A DNA stretch of 64,000 nucleotides from assembly GCA_965221325.1 (NCBI GenBank), contig OZ244880.1, one strand, 5' to 3'. This DNA comes from Candidatus Foliamicus sp. (GTDB lineage Bacteria > Pseudomonadota > Gammaproteobacteria > Steroidobacterales > Foliamicaceae). The stretch's first letter is position 1. Every line of letters starts with the position of its first letter. The position numbers were made by a program, and so were the translations under genes. Positions 11,159 to 19,726 of this stretch are shown here, piece after piece. Below the pieces are notes generated by a model. It was not told the origin of the DNA, searched no databases, and worked only from the letters and a program-made list of their open reading frames with translations.

Positions 11159-12055
11159 ATGGTGAGCGCAGCGCCCGATTCCGCCGCGCAGGCGAGCGCC
11201 CTGCTCGCAGTCCAGAATTACTTCGCCAGCCGGCGACTCGCCACAGCCGTTTTTCTGGCGCTCGACCTCAAGCGCCCGCTGTTCCTGGAGGGCGAGGCAG
11301 GCGTGGGCAAGACCGAGCTCGCGCGCGCCTTGGCCGCGGCCCTGGGCCGCCGCCTGATCCGCCTGCAGTGTCACGAAGGATTGGACCTGGCAGGCGCCGC
11401 CTACGAATGGAATCATGCGCGCCAGATTCTTGCCGTCCGGTTGGCGGAAGCCGGTGGTAGCGAGCGCGTGCAGGAGCTCTCCGATGCGCTCTACTCGCGG
11501 GAATTCCTGATCGAGCGGCCGCTGCTTAAGGCACTCGCGCCGCGTCCGGAAGGACCGCCGGTACTGCTGGTGGACGAACTCGACCGGGCCGACGCGCCGT
11601 TCGAGGCTTATCTTCTAGAATTCCTGGCCGATTTCCGCATGAGCATTCCGGAACTGGGCGCCGTCGAAGCGGCGAAACCCCCGATCGTGGTGCTGACTTC
11701 CAACCGCACCCGCGAGGTACACGATGCCCTCAAGCGCCGCTGCCTCTATTGCTGGGTTGATTATCCTACGCAGGCCGCCGAAGAGCGGATACTTGCCGCG
11801 CGCGTGCCCGGCCTGCCCGAGGCACTGCGCGCAAAGGTAGCGCGTTTCGTGCAGGCGCTGCGCCAGGAAGGTCTGTTCAAAGCCCCGGGCGTGTCCGAAA
11901 CGCTCGACTGGGCCGAAGCACTGATGGCCATGGGCGCGCACGACCTGGACGCCAAGTCCGTCTCCGAAACGCTGGGCGCACTGCTTAAATACCAGGAGGA
12001 CACCCAGCAGGTGGACGATGCCGCCGTAGCCCGCCTCCTCACCGCCGCGGGCTGA
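11159..12055 (+). CDS. coxD: MoxR-type AAA ATPase (CoxD-like maturation factor)
   Basis: Walker A LFLEGEAGVGKTELARALA and Walker B VLLVDELDRA. Position after coxM matches cox accessory genes. Confidence 0.85.
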   Translation: MVSAAPDSAAQASALLAVQNYFASRRLATAVFLALDLKRPLFLEGEAGVGKTELARALAAALGRRLIRLQCHEGLDLAGAAYEWNHARQILAVRLAEAGGSERVQELSDALYSREFLIERPLLKALAPRPEGPPVLLVDELDRADAPFEAYLLEFLADFRMSIPELGAVEAAKPPIVVLTSNRTREVHDALKRRCLYCWVDYPTQAAEERILAARVPGLPEALRAKVARFVQALRQEGLFKAPGVSETLDWAEALMAMGAHDLDAKSVSETLGALLKYQEDTQQVDDAAVARLLTAAG

Positions 12056-12125
12056 AGTCTCGTGTCGCGGCGGACAATGCGCACCAGGCCCCTATTGAGA
12101 CCGAAGATCGGCGTTTTTCAACAGA

Positions 12126-13331
12126 GTGGCTATGCTTCCAAACGTGAGCACGCCCCAGTCAGACCATCTCTCGTCCCGACGTACGGAAACCGATGCAATA
12201 TCAGGGATAGCGGCGCGCGTGGTGGGGTTTGTGCGGACGCTGCGCGCGGTCGGGGTGCCGCTGGGCGTGGGCAAGACCGCGCTGGCGCTGGAGGCCGCCG
12301 AGCGCGTCGATGTGGGCGACCGCGGCGAGTTTGCGGATGCTTTGCGTTCTGTTCTCGTCGCCAGCCAGGCGGAGGGTGTGCTGTTCGACTGCGCGTTTCC
12401 CCTGTTCTTCGGCAATACCGATGCGCGGGCGCGACTTGATGGTTTGCGGGCGCAAGGCCTGCGAGCCCTCGGAGAAAGCACGCCGCAACCCGGCGCCTTG
12501 CGCTTGCTGCGTGCCATGACTAGCGCTCCGCAGTCGCTCGCCGCGTCCGGCGCGGAATCGGTTGCCGTAGGCGCTGCCTACTCGCCACGGGAATCGCTTG
12601 CGGTCAAGGATTTCGGACAGATGACGCCCGAGGAACAGGCCCAGGCGCGAGAACTGCTGCGCCGCGGCGTGTTTTGTCCCATGCGCCTGGGCAGGCGTTT
12701 TCGAGCAGCCGCACATGGCCCCCGCATCGATATGCGGGCCACATTGCGCGGCGGCCTGTCGTCGGGTGGCGAACTTGTGCAATTGCGGCGCAAGGCGCGC
12801 CTTCGGGAACCGATGGCGCTGGTGCTGCTGTTCGACGTGTCCGGTTCCATGACGGCATATGCGCGCATGGCTCTGTATTTCGCGCATGCGTTGTGCAGCG
12901 CGCGGCGTGGAGTGGAGGCATTCGTTTTCGCCACCCGCCTGACCCGGGTGACCCGCGAATTGCGCGGGCGCGATAGCGACGTGGCGGCGGCTGCAGCGTT
13001 GAAGGCCGCGCCCGACTGGCAAGGTGGCACCCGCATCGCCTCCGTCCTCGAACAGTTCAACCGGCTCTGGTCGCGCCGGGTTCTGACCCGCCCGGGCGTC
13101 GTGCTGTTGCTCAGCGACGGCCTGGAGCGCGCCGACACGCAAAAATTGCGCTCCGAAGCCGACCGCCTCCGCCGCTCATGCAAGCGCCTCGTGTGGCTCA
13201 ACCCGCTGCTGGGCTACCCGGACTTCGAACCCCGTGCCCGCGGCGTACGCGCACTACTCCCCGCTGTCCACGAACACCGCTCCGCCCACAACGTAAACAG
13301 CCTCCTGAGCCTCGCGGACGCGCTGCAATAG
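12126..13331 (+). CDS. coxE: VWA-domain protein (CoxE-like)
   Basis: MIDAS-type LVLLFDVSGSM. The C-terminal LVWLNPLLGYPDFEP is typical of the CoxE family. GTG 12126 or ATG 12132 start. Confidence 0.85.
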   Translation: MAMLPNVSTPQSDHLSSRRTETDAISGIAARVVGFVRTLRAVGVPLGVGKTALALEAAERVDVGDRGEFADALRSVLVASQAEGVLFDCAFPLFFGNTDARARLDGLRAQGLRALGESTPQPGALRLLRAMTSAPQSLAASGAESVAVGAAYSPRESLAVKDFGQMTPEEQAQARELLRRGVFCPMRLGRRFRAAAHGPRIDMRATLRGGLSSGGELVQLRRKARLREPMALVLLFDVSGSMTAYARMALYFAHALCSARRGVEAFVFATRLTRVTRELRGRDSDVAAAAALKAAPDWQGGTRIASVLEQFNRLWSRRVLTRPGVVLLLSDGLERADTQKLRSEADRLRRSCKRLVWLNPLLGYPDFEPRARGVRALLPAVHEHRSAHNVNSLLSLADALQ

Positions 13332-13496
13332 CTCTCGGCCACTTCGGTTAAGGCAGTCGCCGTTCTAATCGGCGAGAACTATCCCCGCCTATTGGAAGGG
13401 AGTGACCGACCGTCCACGCAGGAAATCCGCCAATACCTCGGTATCGATCAGGACCGGTGGCGTGGGCAGGCCGTTAGTGTGGGCGCTTCTGGACAC

Positions 13497-13814
13497 TCAG
13501 ATCGGGACTTCCCGAACCTGGCCTGGCCCGACTGCCTGGATGGCCGCGCGTATTTCCTTCGTTCGATGCTGCACGCGCGGCCATGCCGTTGCCATCAGCA
13601 CGACGATCGCCAATCGGCTGTCGGCCAGGTTTTGCTGGTGCCGCATGTTCTGATCCGTGGTGACGATGACCTCATATCCGTCCTCTTCGGCTTTTCGGAT
13701 GAGCTCGCCGTTCTCCAGCAACTCCCAACCCCTCTCCGCAGATCGATCCACGGAATGCTCTGGGAGATGTTGCCGAAGAGGCGCGGGAGTCCCGTGATCG
13801 AAGAGGATTTTCAC
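13497..13814 (-). CDS. PIN-like (DUF5615-type) putative toxin
   Basis: 105 aa: MKILFDHGTPAPLRQHL...GYEVIVTTDQNM... ATGA overlap with the upstream DUF433 gene. This pairing is the recurrent DUF433/PIN-like two-gene module. Confidence 0.6.
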   Translation of the reverse strand: MKILFDHGTPAPLRQHLPEHSVDRSAERGWELLENGELIRKAEEDGYEVIVTTDQNMRHQQNLADSRLAIVVLMATAWPRVQHRTKEIRAAIQAVGPGQVREVPI

Positions 13815-14038
13815 GCTTCGACGGGCGTCCTCAAGGATTCGGTTTCATGTTTGAGTACAGCAGCCACCTGCCACGCCTGTACCTCGGGAAACCACTCAAG
13901 AAATTCCTTCACCGTTGCCCCGCTCTCAAGATTCTCAAATAGGGCATACACCGGTACCCGGGTGCCCCTAAATGCCCAATCGCCGCTGATCTTGCGGGGA
14001 TTGCGTTCCACGGCTGGACAGTTTGACCAGTTCGTCAT
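13811..14038 (-). CDS. DUF433-domain protein (putative antitoxin partner)
   Basis: 75 aa: PAVERNPRKISGDWAFRGTRVPVYALFENLESGATVKEFLEWFP matches the DUF433 pattern. SD AAGGAAGG lies upstream. Confidence 0.65.
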   Translation of the reverse strand: MTNWSNCPAVERNPRKISGDWAFRGTRVPVYALFENLESGATVKEFLEWFPEVQAWQVAAVLKHETESLRTPVEA

Positions 14039-14101
14039 GGGCTTGCCTTCCTTACCTAATGCTTAGATTGATGTCTTCTGTTCTTTCCGCGACGCGCGCA
14101 G

Positions 14102-15388
14102 CTACTCGGTGGGGTTGTTCAGGCAGGCGGCGTTGAGGTCGGCGCGGGTGGGGCGCGTGGCGGGCGTTTGGCCGGAGATGCTGTCCACGGCGCGGGTGAA
14201 CAGATTGGGTAGCAGGGCGTCGTCCCATTCGGGGCCGTCCTTGCCGGTGCGCAGGATCACGAGTTCGCGCGAGGGAATCATGTAGAGCCGCTGATCGCCG
14301 GCGCCATCGAGGAAGAATACGTCGTCGGCCACGAACGGCTCCGAATGCAGATTGCCCAGGAACTCGATATTCGGGTCGTAGGTACGCAGGGGCTTATGCG
14401 ATGTTCCCAGCCAGAGCTGCATGCCGTAGTTCTCGTTGGCGGCGGATGGCGTGGTCATTTCGTTCACCCAACCTTCCGGGATGATCTGCTGGCCCGCAAA
14501 GCAGCCGTCCTGTAGCAGCATCTGACCGATGTGTGCCCAGTCTTCGATCGCGGTCCACATACAGCAATCGGTATGCGCCATGCCGCCCGGTCGGTCCAGG
14601 AACAGCCAGCCGTCACGGAGCCCCAGCGGCGCCCATAGCTTCTGCGCGAGGTAGTCGCCGAAACGCATGCCGACTGCGCGTTCCAGCACGATTCCGGCAA
14701 CCTGGCTGTTGGGATTGGCATGCGTGAAGGCGGTTCCGGGCGGCGCGTAGATTCCGACGTCCAGATTGGCGGTAACGATGTCCGTGCCCATGGTGCGGGC
14801 CAGCCGCGGCGAGCCGGGCCAGAAGGCGAATGTTTCCTGAAGGCCGCCGGCCATATTCAGCAGGTCGCGCAAGGTGATGTCGCGGCGTTCGTCCGTGTCC
14901 CACTCCGGCAGGAAATCCGCTGCCGGCTGGTCAACCGACTGCACGTAACCGTCGGCGATGGCGTGGCCCACGAGGATGGAATTGAGCACCTTGGTGAGCG
15001 AGTGCGTGCTGAATTCCGAATCGGGGGTGCGCCCATTGAAGTAACTGGCGTGCGCCAGCCGGCCCTTGTAGAGCACCACCAGCGAATCGCTGCGCTGCTG
15101 TTGCGCCCACGAGGAAGCCTCCCGGTAGATGTCCGCAGCGATCGGGTTCTCGCCCTCCGCCCACGCTTCCAGCGGCGCGGGCTCGCCCCCTGCCACCCGT
15201 TCGTGTGGGTCGTACCAGGCGCGCGCCGGGCTGAGCGGATTGCCGGACAGCGAGATGACATAGCGCTTGGCGTAAATCCCGTACCAGCCAAGCCGCGAAG
15301 GCAGGTATATCACCACGCCGATAACAGCGATAACGATCAGGATCCACTTGCCGGTGGCGGCGAGGCCCTTGAGTATGCGCTTGAGCAT
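14102..15388 (-). CDS. Beta-lactamase-fold serine hydrolase, paralog 1 (membrane-anchored)
   Basis: SxxK nucleophile motif in FSTHSLTKVLNS. N-terminal TM helix WILIVIAVIGVVIYL. Shares PEW, CC and HSEPFVADDVFFLDG blocks with the two upstream paralogs. Confidence 0.8.
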   Translation of the reverse strand: MLKRILKGLAATGKWILIVIAVIGVVIYLPSRLGWYGIYAKRYVISLSGNPLSPARAWYDPHERVAGGEPAPLEAWAEGENPIAADIYREASSWAQQQRSDSLVVLYKGRLAHASYFNGRTPDSEFSTHSLTKVLNSILVGHAIADGYVQSVDQPAADFLPEWDTDERRDITLRDLLNMAGGLQETFAFWPGSPRLARTMGTDIVTANLDVGIYAPPGTAFTHANPNSQVAGIVLERAVGMRFGDYLAQKLWAPLGLRDGWLFLDRPGGMAHTDCCMWTAIEDWAHIGQMLLQDGCFAGQQIIPEGWVNEMTTPSAANENYGMQLWLGTSHKPLRTYDPNIEFLGNLHSEPFVADDVFFLDGAGDQRLYMIPSRELVILRTGKDGPEWDDALLPNLFTRAVDSISGQTPATRPTRADLNAACLNNPTE

Positions 15389-15490
15389 GTCTTACTCCCG
15401 TGTTTTTGGCGGGCGCCGGCTAATTCGGTGTTGCGATTGCGGCGGCGGCCCGTTTCGTGTTGCGGTAACTGGCCATGTCCATGCGCGGCT

Positions 15491-16795
15491 TCAGAGCAAT
15501 CCGCGGATGATGGTGTTGGGGATGAAGGATTCGTCGAAGCCCATGCCGCGCGGCGGCGGATAGCCCATCCGCAGCACGATGAGGTCGAGCTTGGGGCTGA
15601 TCCATACGCGCACCTTGCCGCCGCCGTCCAGGTAGAACAAGTCGTCCACGGCGAACGGTTCGGAGTGATAGTTTGCGAATTCCAGGGGCAGGCCCGGGAA
15701 ATAAGGCCTCCGCTCGACGTATTCGGCATCGGTCCAGATCTGAAAGCCGTAGTTGGGGTTGGCTTCGGAGCCGGTCAGCATCTTCTCGACCCAGCCTTGC
15801 GGCAGCAGTTGTTCGCCATCGGGCAGCCGTCCGTCCCTCATCAGCAGGTGCGCCACGCGCATCCAGTCCGCCGGGGCGGACAGGAAACAGCAGTACGAGA
15901 TGACATTGCCTTCAATGCCGTCCAGGCGCATCGCACCTCCCTGAGCCCCCATCGGCCGCCACAGTTTTTCGGCCAGGTAATGGGCGAAGTTCCTGCCGGT
16001 GGCGCGTTGGAGAATTATCCCAGCCAGTTGGGTGTTGGGATTGTTGTGGGCGAATGCCGTGCCCGGTTCTTCCGCCAGTTCGAAAGACAGCACCGTGGCG
16101 TTGACGTCCGATCCTTCCACGATCTGCATGCTCTTGGAGTAGGGCTGTATGCCTTGATCGCTCATGCTGAAGGGCAGTTCCAGCCCCGTCGTGTTGTGCA
16201 GCGCCTGACGCACCGTGATCTGGCCGCGCGGCTCGCCTTGCCACTCGGGGATGTATTTTTCGACAGGATCATCCAGGCTGCCGATATCGCCATCGGCCAG
16301 CGCGAAACCGGCGAGGATGCCGTGCAGGGTCTTGACCCAGGAATGCGAGCTGATGGGGGAGGCCTCGTGGAAGCCTTGCATGAAAGCCGTGTGGCGGATC
16401 TTGCCTCGGTGGTAGACCATGAAGGCCTGAGTTTCCCTCTCCATCGCGTAGCGGGACGCCGCTGCTATTGCTTCGGGCGCGATGGTTGGCGGATCGTCGG
16501 AAGCTGTACTGGGGAAAAACGGCTGCGACACGCCGCCTTCGACCAGAATCATGGGGTTGTACCAGGTCTGCGGTTGGCGAAAAGCGGCCGCATCGGGGCG
16601 GTCGCGCCAGCGGCGCCAGAAATGAAAGTCTTGCGATTCCACGTCGTTTACCCAGTCCACCCTGGCCTGGATTTCCTCGGGAGTCATCGATGCGTCCGGC
16701 TGCGCCTGGCCTTGCAGCACCGCCGCCGCAAACAGCAGCAAAGCCGCAAGCGTAGTGGTTGTCTTGTTCACTTTCTCAGGCAATCTCCGGTTCAA
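15491..16795 (-). CDS. Beta-lactamase-fold serine hydrolase, paralog 2 (signal peptide)
   Basis: SxxK in SSHSWVKTLHG. Signal-like N-terminus TTLAALLLFAAAVLQGQAQ. Shares IPEW, SYCC and HSEPFAVDDLFYLDG blocks. Confidence 0.8.
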   Translation of the reverse strand: MNRRLPEKVNKTTTTLAALLLFAAAVLQGQAQPDASMTPEEIQARVDWVNDVESQDFHFWRRWRDRPDAAAFRQPQTWYNPMILVEGGVSQPFFPSTASDDPPTIAPEAIAAASRYAMERETQAFMVYHRGKIRHTAFMQGFHEASPISSHSWVKTLHGILAGFALADGDIGSLDDPVEKYIPEWQGEPRGQITVRQALHNTTGLELPFSMSDQGIQPYSKSMQIVEGSDVNATVLSFELAEEPGTAFAHNNPNTQLAGIILQRATGRNFAHYLAEKLWRPMGAQGGAMRLDGIEGNVISYCCFLSAPADWMRVAHLLMRDGRLPDGEQLLPQGWVEKMLTGSEANPNYGFQIWTDAEYVERRPYFPGLPLEFANYHSEPFAVDDLFYLDGGGKVRVWISPKLDLIVLRMGYPPPRGMGFDESFIPNTIIRGLL

Positions 16796-18006
16796 AGCAG
16801 GCCCGCCAGGAGCACGTTGGGCAGGCGGGCGTCGTCCCAGTCGGTGGCGATCGCGCCGGTGCGCACGATCACCATGTCGGCGCTCGGGACGATATACACC
16901 CGCTGGCCCCCGAAACCGTCGAAGAAGACAAGGTCATCGGCGACAAACGGCTCGGAATGGTAAACGCGCAGCGATGACTTGGAGTTGTAGCGGCGCATTT
17001 CCACATACTCGTTGCCCAGCCAGGTGAGGTAGCCGTGATTGGGATTGGTGGGGGCGGGCGTCTGGATCTGCGCGATCCATTCTTCCGGCACGATGCGCAC
17101 ACCGTTCGCCATGCCTTTATTCAGGTGCAGCAAGCCCAGGCGCAGCCAGCCGCGGGCCGTGACGTCCAGGCAGCAGTAGCTGCGGGCCATGCCGCCCGCG
17201 CGGTCCATCTGTACCCAAGCGCTGCCTGCCTTGAGGGGTGTCCACAATGCCTTGGCAAAGTACTCTGTATACGGTGTGGCGGTGGCGTTCTCGATCACCA
17301 GACCCAGAACAAGGGGGTTGATGCTGTTGTACTCGAAGGTCGTAAGCGGCGGTTCCATGGCCTGCTGCCGCAGCGTGACCGGTCGCATGTCCTGACCGAT
17401 CAGAAGCCCCATAATGGGCACGAGGCTGCTGAAGGTAAAGCTCGGAAAATCAATGCCGCTGCTTTGCCACAAGAGGTGCCGCAGCGTAATTTCCGCCCGG
17501 TCGCCGTCTCGCCATTCGGGCAGATAGCGGCTTACCGGGTCGTCCACCGAGGCGATATGGCCTTCGGCGATAGCAATGCCAAGCAGCAAGGCCACCACCG
17601 ATTTGTGCATGGATTGCGTCGAGGTGATCGTGCTCGGGCTGGCGCCTTCGTAGTAGTGCTCGAGCTGCAGGCGGCCGCCGCGCCATACCAGCAGCGCATC
17701 CGATCCGCTTGCGGCGCCGTAGGCCAGCGCCGCCTCCAGGCTGTCCGCCGTGAGGCTGCGCTCTTCCAGGCCGGCCGTGGGCAGCGGCTGTTCAGGTGCG
17801 CCTTCGACCCATTGCATATGCCCCGGCCGCTTGTCCGCGAACAGGCCGAAAAAGCGCGCGGTTTCCGTCGGTTTGGCCACCAGGAACCCGAGCGCCGCAA
17901 GCGTCAGCAGGCCCACTATCGAACCTGCCGTCCAGGCCAGCGCCAAGCCCAATGCGCGCAGCAATTTCTTCATTGACGATGTCTCGCGTTCCGCTTCCGA
18001 TGCCAA
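16792..18006 (-). CDS. Beta-lactamase-fold serine hydrolase, paralog 3
   Basis: SxxK in STQSMHKSVVA. Shares LPEW, SYCC and HSEPFVADDLVFFDG blocks. 4-nt overlap with paralog 2. The start may instead be the MKKLL ATG at 17973. Confidence 0.8.
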   Translation of the reverse strand: MASEAERETSSMKKLLRALGLALAWTAGSIVGLLTLAALGFLVAKPTETARFFGLFADKRPGHMQWVEGAPEQPLPTAGLEERSLTADSLEAALAYGAASGSDALLVWRGGRLQLEHYYEGASPSTITSTQSMHKSVVALLLGIAIAEGHIASVDDPVSRYLPEWRDGDRAEITLRHLLWQSSGIDFPSFTFSSLVPIMGLLIGQDMRPVTLRQQAMEPPLTTFEYNSINPLVLGLVIENATATPYTEYFAKALWTPLKAGSAWVQMDRAGGMARSYCCLDVTARGWLRLGLLHLNKGMANGVRIVPEEWIAQIQTPAPTNPNHGYLTWLGNEYVEMRRYNSKSSLRVYHSEPFVADDLVFFDGFGGQRVYIVPSADMVIVRTGAIATDWDDARLPNVLLAGLL

Positions 18007-18138
18007 TCATAGCCGCCACTCGCAGCAGACACCGCTTGGGCCTGCGCTCTTGAGCTCCAACGCATCCTTGCGCCTGGTCTGGCAGGCAGCAAGGCCCTCA
18101 CGCCCTGCTGCCGCACACCGCAGCGCTGCGCCGGGCTA

Positions 18139-18155
18139 GAATTCCCGGGAAATTC
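18139..18155. promoter_or_regulatory. Imperfect palindrome GAATTCCCGGGAAATTC, candidate operator
   Basis: Read directly. It lies 17 nt upstream of the Rieske alpha ATG, in the 165-bp divergent region shared with the hydrolase genes. The arms are GAATTCCC / GGGAAATTC, with one extra base. Confidence 0.3.
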
Positions 18156-18171
18156 CAAGGCGCACGAGACC

Positions 18172-19503
18172 ATGGCCCGTCAGTCCTACGCGAACGACCC
18201 CGACGCCCTGCGCGCGCTGGTGCGGTCGGACGCGATTCACCGCGATCTCTACATTTCCCAGGAGCTATACGAGCTGGAGCAGGAACGGCTATGGCGCAAG
18301 GCCTGGATTTACATGGGCCATGACAGCCAGGTGCCCGAGCCCGGTGATTTCTACACCGCCGATATCGCCGGGTCGCCCCTGGTCATGCTGCGCGGCGCCG
18401 ATGGCGAGGTGCGCGTGCTGCTGAACCGCTGTGCGCACAAGGGTACGCGCGTGGTCAGTGCCGTGCAGGGCAATTGCGGGCGGATGCTGCGTTGCCCGTA
18501 CCACGGCTGGACATATCGACTCGACGGCAGCTTGCGGGCAGTGCCGTTGAAGGGAGGCTACGACGGAACCTGCATCGCCGCCACACCCCATTGGCGGGGG
18601 CTGTCGCCGGCGCCCAAGGTGGCCAACTACCGGGGCTTCGTGTTTGTGCGCCTGAGCAGCGAGGGCCCCGACTTTCACGACTATTTCGGCGAATCCCTGA
18701 GTTCGATAGACAACATGGCGGACCGCTCGCCCGAGGGACGGCTGGAGGTTGCCGGTGGCGTGCTGCGCTACGACCACGACTGCAACTGGAAGATGTTCGT
18801 CGAGAACCTCAACGACGCCATGCATCCGATGGTGACGCACCAGTCATCGGCCGGCGTGGCCAAGCGGCTTTGGGAGGAGGAGGGGGACGACGGAGTACCG
18901 CCGATGGTGGTGCAGCAGTTCGCGCCGTTCGTCAACGACTACAAGTTTTTCGACGACATGGGCGTGAAAATCTACGAAAACGGCCATTCCTATACGGGCG
19001 TGAAGTTCTCGATTCACTCCAAGTACTCGTCGGTGCCGGAGTATGACCAGCGCATGATCGAAGCCTACGGTGAGGAGCGGGCGCAGGCGATCTTGGGCGA
19101 GAACCGCCACAACACGGTGTATTTCCCCAGCCTCACAATCAAGGGCGCGATCCAGGCGATTCGCGTGGCGCGCCCGCTGGCGGCCAACAGGACGGTGCTG
19201 GAAAGCTGGACCTTCCGGCTGGCCGGCGCGCCCGAGGAGCTGCTCAAGCGCACGATGACCTATTCGCGGCTGATCAACGCGCCTACTTCGGTGGTCGGGC
19301 ACGACGACCTGCATTGCTACAGCGAGATTCAGAAGGGCCTGCACGCAGAGGGCAACGAGTGGGTGAGCCTGCACCGCAACTACGATGCCGCCGAGCAGGA
19401 CAGCATTGCCGGCGTTTATGGCGGCACCAGCGAAGTGTCCATGCGCGGCCAGTTCCGCGCCTGGCTCAAGTACATGCTCCCCACCAACGAGACCACTGCG
19501 TGA
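18172..19503 (+). CDS. Rieske ring-hydroxylating dioxygenase alpha subunit
   Basis: Rieske motif CAHKG...CPYHGW. Mononuclear iron motif ENLNDAMHPMVTH. 443 aa. Confidence 0.9.
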   Translation: MARQSYANDPDALRALVRSDAIHRDLYISQELYELEQERLWRKAWIYMGHDSQVPEPGDFYTADIAGSPLVMLRGADGEVRVLLNRCAHKGTRVVSAVQGNCGRMLRCPYHGWTYRLDGSLRAVPLKGGYDGTCIAATPHWRGLSPAPKVANYRGFVFVRLSSEGPDFHDYFGESLSSIDNMADRSPEGRLEVAGGVLRYDHDCNWKMFVENLNDAMHPMVTHQSSAGVAKRLWEEEGDDGVPPMVVQQFAPFVNDYKFFDDMGVKIYENGHSYTGVKFSIHSKYSSVPEYDQRMIEAYGEERAQAILGENRHNTVYFPSLTIKGAIQAIRVARPLAANRTVLESWTFRLAGAPEELLKRTMTYSRLINAPTSVVGHDDLHCYSEIQKGLHAEGNEWVSLHRNYDAAEQDSIAGVYGGTSEVSMRGQFRAWLKYMLPTNETTA

Positions 19504-19700
19504 TCCCGGCAGCCCCTTTTTCCAGCGGCCTCAACATCCGCCACCCGCGCCTCACGGCGCTGGCTAGAGGCGGCGATGCTACCTCCTCTCGGAACCTTCG
19601 GCGGCAAGGATGCCGCCGCAGAGCCCACAAGGATGTGCTTGCCGGCGTGTTCCGGAAGGAGGGAGCATTGCCGGCGAGGGTATGCCGCAAACACGCTGGC

Positions 19701-19726
19701 GCAGGAGCAGGAGCAGGAGCAGGAGC
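19701..19726 (+). repeat. (GCAGGA)x4 + GC hexanucleotide tandem repeat abutting the beta-subunit ATG
   Basis: Read directly: gcaggagcaggagcaggagcaggagc followed by ATG at 19727. Each unit contains the SD-like AGGAG. Confidence 0.95.

Noticed and set aside
13392-14066. 224-aa plus-strand ORF
   Set aside because: It is antisense to the DUF433/PIN-like pair, whose two ORFs have an ATGA junction, an SD and family-like sequence.
14720-16963. 747-aa plus-strand ORF
   Set aside because: It is antisense to two serine-hydrolase genes that have SxxK motifs and export signals. The sequence is low-complexity and Arg/Gly-rich with no motifs.
19610-19726. Upstream start giving the beta subunit an RSRSRSRS N-terminal tract
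   Set aside because: The tract is simply the GCAGGA repeat read in frame. The 165-aa product from ATG 19727 fits the beta-subunit size, and the repeat supplies SD motifs.
19701-19726. Tandem repeat considered as a CRISPR or minisatellite array
   Set aside because: It has only four 6-nt units with no spacers, and no other repeat-spacer structure was seen anywhere in the window.
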